DNA of 61,914 nt, taken from positions 1 through 61,914 of the forward strand of contig JAZRWB010000030.1 of the NCBI GenBank assembly GCA_045599445.1, read 5' to 3'. This DNA is from Kiritimatiellia bacterium. GTDB taxonomy: Bacteria; Verrucomicrobiota; Kiritimatiellia; RFP12; UBA1067. The notes beneath the pieces were generated by a model, which was not told the DNA's origin, did not search any database, and saw only the letters and a list, made by a program, of their open reading frames with translations. Made by a program: the position numbers and the translations under genes. Shown here one piece after another: positions 7,854 to 14,911 of the stretch (the stretch's first letter is position 1; the number at the start of each line of letters is the position of its first letter).

Positions 7854-8152
7854 TGAAACTCAACCATCATTTCAAGCGAAGGCTCGTCACCAGAAAAATC
7901 GAGATTGACGGTGCCATACAATTCGCCATCAAGCCACTTAGCGATATTTTCGCAGACAACTTGAATGTCCAACGCAGTCATCAGTTCTCCGAACACAAAT
8001 GACACTCCGGCAAGTTTGCGCCCGTCCTTGTTGTCCCATGCCTTCATTTCAATCAGCGTCAACGAATACTTCTTGCCAAAAACGCGATTGAACAACTTTC
8101 GCTTCTTCAACATCAATTTTTGAAGCTCCACTGTTCGCCGACACCTACTCAT
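7850..8152 (-). CDS. Hypothetical protein (100 aa)
   Basis: ATGA overlaps with both neighbours support a real gene. No motif recognised. Confidence 0.6.
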   Translation of the reverse strand: MSRCRRTVELQKLMLKKRKLFNRVFGKKYSLTLIEMKAWDNKDGRKLAGVSFVFGELMTALDIQVVCENIAKWLDGELYGTVNLDFSGDEPSLEMMVEFQ

Positions 8153-9150
8153 TCTCGTTCATTTTTAAATATTGCACTAAAGTTGTAACGCCATTGCAAG
8201 GCGAAACTCATTCCAATTTTACCTTCTAATGGTTTGTTCATAATGCGTTGCCATACAGATGCACTTGGTGAATGCCAATTTTCGTTCAATGTTCGTGTAA
8301 CCCAATTTTCAGCAGACAGTATAATGCCATCATGAGTCTTGATCGATTGCTGGACACGACACAGCATCTCCTCTGGAATTAACGGTTTGTTCTTCGCTGC
8401 ATATTGCGCATTCTTCCTTGCATAGTCTTTCCGAATGCGACACATCTCATATTCCGCCGGCTTCCTGCCGACCACCACATTCTGCAACAGCTCTATTATT
8501 CTGGCGGCCTCCCAATCACTCTGATTAACATATGCCAAAAAATGAATCGCACGTTTCAACATGCATTCATCATGTCGGACAATTAAAAACTCATGTTTGA
8601 GCGCTTCCGCAAGTGCGCACAAATTTCGATCTGCTATTTCCGATCCACGAAGATAACGTAAATCCTTAATTTGCAACCTCAACCCATGATTTGCGGCCGT
8701 CAGTTTCTTTGTCTTCTGGTAATCAGTCAATAAAATAAGCGCATCATTCTCATTTCCGACAAGGCGTTCATATGCCGAAAAATACGGTTCGCTCGTGCAG
8801 AAGTTCTCCGATGGAGATTTTACCCCCAGCTCAAGTTCTGGGATGTCCACACCTTTAGCCGGGTTGATGTGAAGTTGAATTGATGACTGCAGCACGTACT
8901 TCTCAATGACACATGCCAACAATTTTTCCACGACGCTTCCAATTGTCTTGCCATCTAAATTTGGAAGCGTTTTGTCGTTTGCCAATTGCGCAAACCAACT
9001 TGGCAATTCGCCAGTCGAGTCAATGCGCTGCAGAATTGGCTTAACATCCCCAAGCTCTTCGCCAGACAGAACCTTGTTGAGCCAAGTTTTTATAACATCC
9101 AACTTACTGGAAATCAGTGCGCGATATGCACTCATACACATCCTCCTCAA
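8149..9150 (-). CDS. Putative Type II restriction endonuclease
   Basis: Coupled by an ATGA overlap to a C5-MTase. G...EKLL...GVDIPELELGVKSPS resembles a PD-(D/E)XK core. Specificity unknown. Confidence 0.65.
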   Translation of the reverse strand: MRRMCMSAYRALISSKLDVIKTWLNKVLSGEELGDVKPILQRIDSTGELPSWFAQLANDKTLPNLDGKTIGSVVEKLLACVIEKYVLQSSIQLHINPAKGVDIPELELGVKSPSENFCTSEPYFSAYERLVGNENDALILLTDYQKTKKLTAANHGLRLQIKDLRYLRGSEIADRNLCALAEALKHEFLIVRHDECMLKRAIHFLAYVNQSDWEAARIIELLQNVVVGRKPAEYEMCRIRKDYARKNAQYAAKNKPLIPEEMLCRVQQSIKTHDGIILSAENWVTRTLNENWHSPSASVWQRIMNKPLEGKIGMSFALQWRYNFSAIFKNERE

Positions 9151-10982
9151 TTAAATAACGGAAGCTCGTTTGACTCAAAACGAATCGTTTGTTGCTTGAT
9201 TATCTTTTCTAACGCATACGCAACAATAGACGGCGGAACGGCATTACCATACAATCGATACTGTTCATACACGCTTACTGCCCGGCAATGATTATCAGGA
9301 AAACCTTGAAGTCGCGCATATTCAACATTTGTCAATCTCCTGAACTTTCCATCAATTCCATACCGCTCATAATGTCGACTTGATGAAGCCGTCAGCGTTG
9401 GCGACAGCCCATCTGTTCCAAAGATAGTGTATCCCATTCTTGCACCTCCAGACTGATTGTAGAGAATACGAACTCCATTGTAAAATTTATTTACAAATTG
9501 ACTTTTTTTGATTCGTTCCAATGTATCCGCTGTAAAATCGAATTCAGGCGGCACATCCTTCTGCAAAATATCATGCAGGATTCTTTCCCGTTGAATCCCG
9601 CGTAATGGCTGAAAATCATAAGTGACACACCTTCCATTGAGCGCCAAGCCCCACTGCTGGAACTTACCATTTGCCGATGATATGTCATTCCAAAATCTTA
9701 ATTGAGCAACATCCTCACGCTTCTTAATCGGCATTGCATTAATTTCCGCCTTGGTCACAAAATACGAATCCGTATCCTTCGCTTCGCGACTACCACATAT
9801 GATAACACGCAAACGCTGCTGCGGCAGTCCAAAAGCCGCGGCATTAAACACCCGCCACTCTATCTTGTACCCAAGTTCTGATAAAGCAAACAGAATTGTC
9901 CTAAAATTACGTCCATTGTCTAAAAACAACAAGCTGTTTACGTTCTCAAGAACAAAATAACGCGGAATGTTTTTCTTCAGGATCTTCACAATGGTTTCAA
10001 ACAAAGTGCCACGATAATCATCAATTCCCATCTTCTTCCCGGCACGAGAAAAAGGCTGACATGGGAATCCGCCGGTAAGAATGTCGTGCTGTGGTATCTG
10101 ATCAACTAAATTGTTTATATCTCCCAAAACGATAGAGTCTTCCCCAAAACGATCTCTATACACTTTGACTGCACTTTCGTTTATGTCATTCGCCCAAATT
10201 GTCTTAATGCCAAGAGCATCACACGCAAGACGAAAACCTCCAATACCCGCAAAAAGCTCTACCGCCGTCAAACTTCTTGAACCCCCGGTTGGTTCTTCAA
10301 GCTCGACTGCTTCATTGACAGACTGATTTGAACCAGAAAAAACAGCTGGAATTATTACAACACCTGAAAGTCCTGCAACCGTAGTTTCGATCATCTCACG
10401 TCGTGAAATTTTACTAACACACCTCTCTGTGGATGGTTCATCACCCGCTTCGCACACGCGCAATACCTCGGGTGGAAGCTTAGACAGCAACGGCGGCAGA
10501 TAATTCGCCAATAACGGATCCTTGCGATCAGGCGAAGACAAATAGTCGCGAAGCTTCTTTTGCACCGACTTCGATGTTGCGAAGTCCTGCAGACGGACGA
10601 TCACCTTCTCAGCAAGTCCTGAAGCGGGACTGTAAACCCTTGTCTTGCTCGTGGCGTAAAGAATGTAGTTACCCGTGCCATGTGGTTTTCCCTTCGCCGG
10701 ATAACCAAATTCGGACTTCAACTCTTTTCTTGTTTTGAATCCGACAAACTTCGCCCTAAGGCATACTGGCTCTTTTTTCGCATTGAAAAGCCAAATTTCA
10801 TTCACCCGCTTTGCAAACTCGGGTTCAATCTTGTCACCGTCACAAATCGGATAGTTGTAAAAACCGGGCCACTTCTCCAACTGGCCAGATTTGTACGTAC
10901 CGACAAGCACAACCTTCTTTGCTTTTGTCGCAACCTTTTTTGGTGCGACCTTGTGCTTCTTGGATTTCATTACCTTTGCCAT
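9147..10982 (-). CDS. DNA (cytosine-5)-methyltransferase with an extra N-terminal region of about 235 aa
   Basis: Motif I ELFAGIGG, IV GFPCQPFS, VI LENV, VIII PQQRLRV, IX ARLQGFP, X LYGNAV. Confidence 0.93.
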   Translation of the reverse strand: MAKVMKSKKHKVAPKKVATKAKKVVLVGTYKSGQLEKWPGFYNYPICDGDKIEPEFAKRVNEIWLFNAKKEPVCLRAKFVGFKTRKELKSEFGYPAKGKPHGTGNYILYATSKTRVYSPASGLAEKVIVRLQDFATSKSVQKKLRDYLSSPDRKDPLLANYLPPLLSKLPPEVLRVCEAGDEPSTERCVSKISRREMIETTVAGLSGVVIIPAVFSGSNQSVNEAVELEEPTGGSRSLTAVELFAGIGGFRLACDALGIKTIWANDINESAVKVYRDRFGEDSIVLGDINNLVDQIPQHDILTGGFPCQPFSRAGKKMGIDDYRGTLFETIVKILKKNIPRYFVLENVNSLLFLDNGRNFRTILFALSELGYKIEWRVFNAAAFGLPQQRLRVIICGSREAKDTDSYFVTKAEINAMPIKKREDVAQLRFWNDISSANGKFQQWGLALNGRCVTYDFQPLRGIQRERILHDILQKDVPPEFDFTADTLERIKKSQFVNKFYNGVRILYNQSGGARMGYTIFGTDGLSPTLTASSSRHYERYGIDGKFRRLTNVEYARLQGFPDNHCRAVSVYEQYRLYGNAVPPSIVAYALEKIIKQQTIRFESNELPLFN

Positions 10983-11004
10983 ACCAAACTTCGTCGATAG
11001 TTGT

Positions 11005-11013
11005 ATTATATCA
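11005..11013 (-). promoter_or_regulatory. Extended -10 element (TGATATAAT) upstream of the C5-MTase operon
   Basis: TGnTATAAT lies 22 nt before the ATG at 10982; the same motif recurs across the window. Confidence 0.6.
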
Positions 11014-11016
11014 AAT

Positions 11017-11172
11017 CTACGCTACATTCACACTCCAGCAATTCGCTTTGCACGGCGACTTGATGGTTGTTTCCCCGACCTTCAGGAGTCCCGCGTGATC
11101 GACCGATCCGGGAATCTAATACACGTAGATGAGAAAATACGAACACGGGGCGATGTAAGGATAGTCCGTCAT
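11017..11172 (-). pseudogene. 5' remnant of an Eco57I-type/Type IIG R-M gene with an in-frame stop
   Basis: MTDYPYIAPCSYFLIYVY*IPGSVDHAGLLKVGETTIK... (TAG at 11116-11118). LIYV..I....H.G.LK.GETT is the GIY-YIG-like N-terminus of large Eco57I-domain/helicase R-M proteins. Confidence 0.6.
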
Positions 11173-11316
11173 TTCTTCTCCTGTTCCTCAATCGGCTTAA
11201 ACTCAAACGGCGGCATAAAACATATTATATTTTGCACGCCCACATGTCGTAATTGTACCAAAATCCACCCTATCGCGGACGATATTTTATGCTTTTATAA
11301 CATTTTCGTTAGGATA

Positions 11317-11345
11317 TTGACAAGCGTCGGCAGCCTCAGGATAAT
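11317..11345 (+). promoter_or_regulatory. Plus-strand sigma70-like promoter pointing towards the fucO 3' end
   Basis: TTGACA-17 nt-GATAAT. Confidence 0.5.
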
Positions 11346-11432
11346 GGCAAAACTTCCCACCCGCCAGCTCATCAAATTTCGCCCTGTCAATTCATTCCCC
11401 ATAAAGGATATCTTCTGACAACGCGAGTAATT

Positions 11433-11486
11433 AGTTGGGGTGGGTAGTTGGAGTTGATGCTCCAACTATTCTCTCCAACTCTTTTA
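11433..11486. terminator. Long hairpin just downstream of fucO, probably a (bidirectional) terminator
   Basis: 21-nt arms AGTTGGGGTGGGTAGTTGGAG and CTCCAACTATTCTCTCCAACT around a 6-nt loop, followed by CTTTTA on the plus strand. Confidence 0.65.
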
Positions 11487-12632
11487 TATCAGCGAAAGGT
11501 AGAGCTTTTCGATCTCCTTCACCGTGAGATCGCGCGGATTGCCCGGGCGGCAAGCGTCGGCGTAGGCGCTCTTCGCGAGGAAGGCGACGTCCTCTTTCTT
11601 CAAGACGCCCTTCAGATTCTTCGGGATTCCGACGTCCTTCGAAAGCTTTTCCACCGCCTTGATCGCCGCCTCGCGCGCCTTGGCGAGCGGAAGCTTGTCG
11701 GCGTTCTTAACGCCCATCGCGAGCGCGATCGCGCGGTACTTCTCGCCCGTCTTCGGCGCGTTGAACTTCATCGCCGTCGGCAGGAGAATCGCACAGGCCT
11801 TGCCGTGCGGCATATCGTAAAGCGCGCTAAGCCCGTGCGCCATCGAGTGGTCGATGCCGAGGCCCACGTTGGAAAATCCCATGCCCGCGATGTACTGCCC
11901 GAGCGCCATGCCCGTGCGCCCTTCCATCTTGCCCGCGACCGCGTCCCGAAGCGAGCGCGAAATAAGGCGAATCGCCTCCAAGTGCATCATATCGGTCATC
12001 GGACACGCGGCCTTGGTGATAAGCCCTTCGATCGCGTGGGTCAGGGCGTCCATGCCGGTGAAGGCGGTAAGCCCCTTGGGCATCGTCGCCATCATTTCGG
12101 GATCGACGAAGGCGACGACCGGAATATCGTGCGGATCGACGCAGACGAACTTGCGCTTCTTCTCGACATCGGTGATGACGTAGTTGATCGTCACCTCGGC
12201 CGCGGTGCCCGCGGTCGTCGGGACGGCGAGAATCGGCAGGCACTTGTTCTTGGTCGGCGCGACGCCTTCAAGCGAACGGACGTCGGCGAACTTCGGATTG
12301 GTGAGGATAATGCCGACGCCCTTCGCCGTGTCCATCGAGCTGCCGCCGCCGATGGCGATAATCGAGTCGGCTTTCGCCGCCTTCGCCGCCTTGACGCCGT
12401 TCTTGACATTGGCGATGGTCGGGTTGGGCTTGATTTCGGAATAAATCGCGAACTTGATCTTCGCCTTTTTGAGAATGTCCGTTACCTTCTGGGTAACGCC
12501 GAACTTGATGAGATCGGGATCGGAGAATACGATCGGACGCTTGAGCCCGCGCGCGGCAAGTTCCGCGACAATCGACTTGACGGCGCCCGCGCCGTGATAG
12601 GAAGTTTCGTTGAGGATGATGCGGTTGACCAT
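11484..12632 (-). CDS. fucO: Lactaldehyde reductase (Fe-dependent alcohol dehydrogenase)
   Basis: NRIILNETSYHG start, IGGGSSMD, PTTAGTAAEVTINYVITD, DALTHAIEG, GMGFSNVGLG.HSMAH. Confidence 0.92.
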   Translation of the reverse strand: MVNRIILNETSYHGAGAVKSIVAELAARGLKRPIVFSDPDLIKFGVTQKVTDILKKAKIKFAIYSEIKPNPTIANVKNGVKAAKAAKADSIIAIGGGSSMDTAKGVGIILTNPKFADVRSLEGVAPTKNKCLPILAVPTTAGTAAEVTINYVITDVEKKRKFVCVDPHDIPVVAFVDPEMMATMPKGLTAFTGMDALTHAIEGLITKAACPMTDMMHLEAIRLISRSLRDAVAGKMEGRTGMALGQYIAGMGFSNVGLGIDHSMAHGLSALYDMPHGKACAILLPTAMKFNAPKTGEKYRAIALAMGVKNADKLPLAKAREAAIKAVEKLSKDVGIPKNLKGVLKKEDVAFLAKSAYADACRPGNPRDLTVKEIEKLYLSLI

Positions 12633-12645
12633 TTTTTACTCTCCT

Positions 12646-13464
12646 TTACTTGGAAGCGATTTTCATTTTGTAGCCGTTAAAGCGATGGGTGTTGTAAAGC
12701 GGAAGCTTCTTGTCGACGGGAAGCCCCAGCGCTTCGCGAATCGCGAGGAAATCCTTCACGCCCTTCGGCCCGACTTGCTGGAGCTTGCCGCCGTGGCCCG
12801 CCGCCAACAGCAGGACTTCGCAATACGCATCGGCGTTCTCCGCGAACCATTCCGCCTCTTCGATATCCCTGCCGCCGCAGACGATACCGTGGTTCTCCAT
12901 AAATATGACGTTCGAGGTTTTCGCGGCCCGAGCGACGAATCGGGCGACTTCCTTCGAGCCCGGCGTCGCGTAGGGCGCGAGCGGAATCTGATTGAAGAAG
13001 ATATCCGCTTCGGGATTGATGCCGCTCGGCGGAACCTCGCCCGCGAAGAGAAAGGCGTTGCAGTGCGGCGGGTGGCAGTGGATGCAGGCGTTCATTCCGC
13101 TTTCGCGCATCATCGCGATATGCACCTTGACTTCGCTGGTGCGCGGGCGATAGCCGCAAAGCTGCCCCGCGTCCATGTCCACGAGGCAAATGTCCTCGCG
13201 CTTCATGAAGCCCTTGGAGCACAAGGTCGGAGAGCAAAGAACGAGATCCTCCCCGACGCGCACCGAGAGGTTGCCGCCGTTACCGTCGGTATATCCGCGC
13301 GCGTAGATGCGCCGCCCCATTTCGCAAATCTGGTCCTTGACCTGGTTGATCGCGCTCGAGTTGAAGAACTTGTCGAGTTCCTTGCGCGTTTTCGGTTGCG
13401 GTCCCTTTCGCCAATCGTAGACGCGATTGACGAGCGGCGGGTTGATGTAGAGTTTCTTGTCCAT
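12646..13464 (-). CDS. Class II aldolase/adducin family (fuculose/rhamnulose-1-phosphate aldolase-like)
   Basis: GNGGNLSVR, PT..SKG, TSE..VH, HCHPPH, NHG. Sits between a sugar kinase and fucO. Confidence 0.85.
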   Translation of the reverse strand: MDKKLYINPPLVNRVYDWRKGPQPKTRKELDKFFNSSAINQVKDQICEMGRRIYARGYTDGNGGNLSVRVGEDLVLCSPTLCSKGFMKREDICLVDMDAGQLCGYRPRTSEVKVHIAMMRESGMNACIHCHPPHCNAFLFAGEVPPSGINPEADIFFNQIPLAPYATPGSKEVARFVARAAKTSNVIFMENHGIVCGGRDIEEAEWFAENADAYCEVLLLAAGHGGKLQQVGPKGVKDFLAIREALGLPVDKKLPLYNTHRFNGYKMKIASK

Positions 13465-13475
13465 ATTTTACCTCG

Positions 13476-14891
13476 TTAAATCGCCTTGCGGGCGGCGGCG
13501 AGATCCGCGAACTCCCCGCCGACGATCATTTGCACGATCAGGTTTCCGATCGCCGTGCCCTCGGTAGGACCCGCGAACACTTCGAGCCCCGTCGCCTCGG
13601 CGGTAAGCGCGTTAAGGTAGCGATCCTGGCTGCCGCCGCCCACGATGTTAATTGATGTGTAGGTCTTGCCGGTGACTTCGGAAAGATTGCGAATCGCGTC
13701 GGCATAGCATTCGGCGAGCGATTTGTAGACGCACTGCATAAGCTCGCCCACGGTTTGGGGCGCCTTGCCCTCCGCCGCCGCCGCTTTCAAAACTTCGGCG
13801 ATCATCGAAGAGGGATTTAGGAAGCGATTATCATTCACGTCGACCGTGACGTTGTAGGCGCTCGCGTCCCGCGCCGCCATTTCGAGATCGGCGAACGAAT
13901 ACTCCGCTCCCTTCTTCCAGTCAGAAAGTTCCTTAAGCGCGTCACGAGTATCGTCCAAATCCTTGCCCTCGACGTAGCTTACGCCATTAAGCTCGCGACG
14001 AATCGACTGAATCATCCAAAGCCCCATAATGTTCTTCAAGAAGCGATACCGCCCCCACGCTCCGCCCTCGTTGGTGAAGTTCGCGAGCATCGCGGCGTTC
14101 GTGGTAATCGCATTCGGCGACTCCACTCCGAGTAGCGACCACGTTCCGCTCGAAAGATAAACCGCCTTGTCGTCTCGCGCGGGAACGGCGAGATAGGCCG
14201 AGCCCGTGTCGTGAAGCGCCGGGAGAACGACTTTTACGCCCTTGTATTCGCCCGCAATCGCGCCGGGCATTTCAAGCTTCCCGAAAATCTTCGTCGGAAG
14301 TCCCAGCTTCTCGATAAGGTTCGTATCCCACGTCTTCTTCACCGCGTCCAAAAGCGACGTCGTCGAGGACTCGGTGTATTCGTGGACGATCTTTCCGGTA
14401 AGCGAATAGACGAGATACTCGGGGAGCATCATAAAATCATGCGCCTTCGCCAACTGCTCGGGGTGTTCCTTTTTGAGCGCCCAAAGCTGGTAGATGGTGT
14501 TGTAGGCGGCCTTTTGGATGCCCGTGCGCGAATAGAGCTTCTTGAAGGAAAGGACGTCCTTTTCGATCTCGGCGTCGGCATTGGCCGTACGCGGATCGCG
14601 ATAGGCGACCGCGTCCGAGCAAAGCTCGCCCTTTTCGTCCAAAAGGACGAAATCGACACCCCAAGTGTCGAGGCCAATCGATTCGACGGGGCCTTTTTCG
14701 AGCGCCGCGTCGATTCCGGCTTTAACCGACTTGACGAGCGCCGCCAAATCCCAGCAATCGTGACCGTTTTTCACGATCTGCGAATTGGTGAAACGATACA
14801 CCTCCTCGAGACGAATCTTGCCGTTCTCGACCGAGCCGAGAATGTGCCGACCCGAACTTGCGCCAATATCAATCGCCAAATACTTTTTCAT
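13476..14891 (-). CDS. rhaB: Rhamnulokinase/L-fuculokinase (FGGY family)
   Basis: LAIDIGASSGR, DTWGVD, AYRD.R, HDTGSA, SSGTWSLLG, NEGG, LKNIMGLW, GGGSQ, GPTEGTAIGN. Start set to the ATG at 14891. Confidence 0.88.
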   Translation of the reverse strand: MKKYLAIDIGASSGRHILGSVENGKIRLEEVYRFTNSQIVKNGHDCWDLAALVKSVKAGIDAALEKGPVESIGLDTWGVDFVLLDEKGELCSDAVAYRDPRTANADAEIEKDVLSFKKLYSRTGIQKAAYNTIYQLWALKKEHPEQLAKAHDFMMLPEYLVYSLTGKIVHEYTESSTTSLLDAVKKTWDTNLIEKLGLPTKIFGKLEMPGAIAGEYKGVKVVLPALHDTGSAYLAVPARDDKAVYLSSGTWSLLGVESPNAITTNAAMLANFTNEGGAWGRYRFLKNIMGLWMIQSIRRELNGVSYVEGKDLDDTRDALKELSDWKKGAEYSFADLEMAARDASAYNVTVDVNDNRFLNPSSMIAEVLKAAAAEGKAPQTVGELMQCVYKSLAECYADAIRNLSEVTGKTYTSINIVGGGSQDRYLNALTAEATGLEVFAGPTEGTAIGNLIVQMIVGGEFADLAAARKAI

Positions 14892-14900
14892 ACCGCTCAT

Positions 14901-14909
14901 ATTATATCA
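14901..14909 (-). promoter_or_regulatory. Extended -10 promoter (TGATATAAT), near-leaderless
   Basis: 9 nt before the ATG at 14891; no Shine-Dalgarno. Confidence 0.6.
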
Positions 14910-14911
14910 TA

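Larger units (their letters stand above)
700..11300. mobile_element. Defence island (left), probably horizontally acquired; boundaries approximate
   Basis: Visibly more AT-rich than the core. Content is almost entirely R-M, nuclease, helicase and toxin-antitoxin genes plus gene remnants. No integrase seen in the window. Confidence 0.55.

Noticed and set aside
584-11326. 11-bp inverted match ATTGACAAGCG at both flanks of the left island (584-594 and 11316-11326) as terminal inverted repeats
   Set aside because: Six of the 11 bases are the TTGACA -35 consensus of two outward-facing promoters. No transposase or target duplication was seen.
10891-11418. 175-aa plus-strand ORF
   Set aside because: No motifs; overlaps the MTase start, the pseudogene remnant and promoters.
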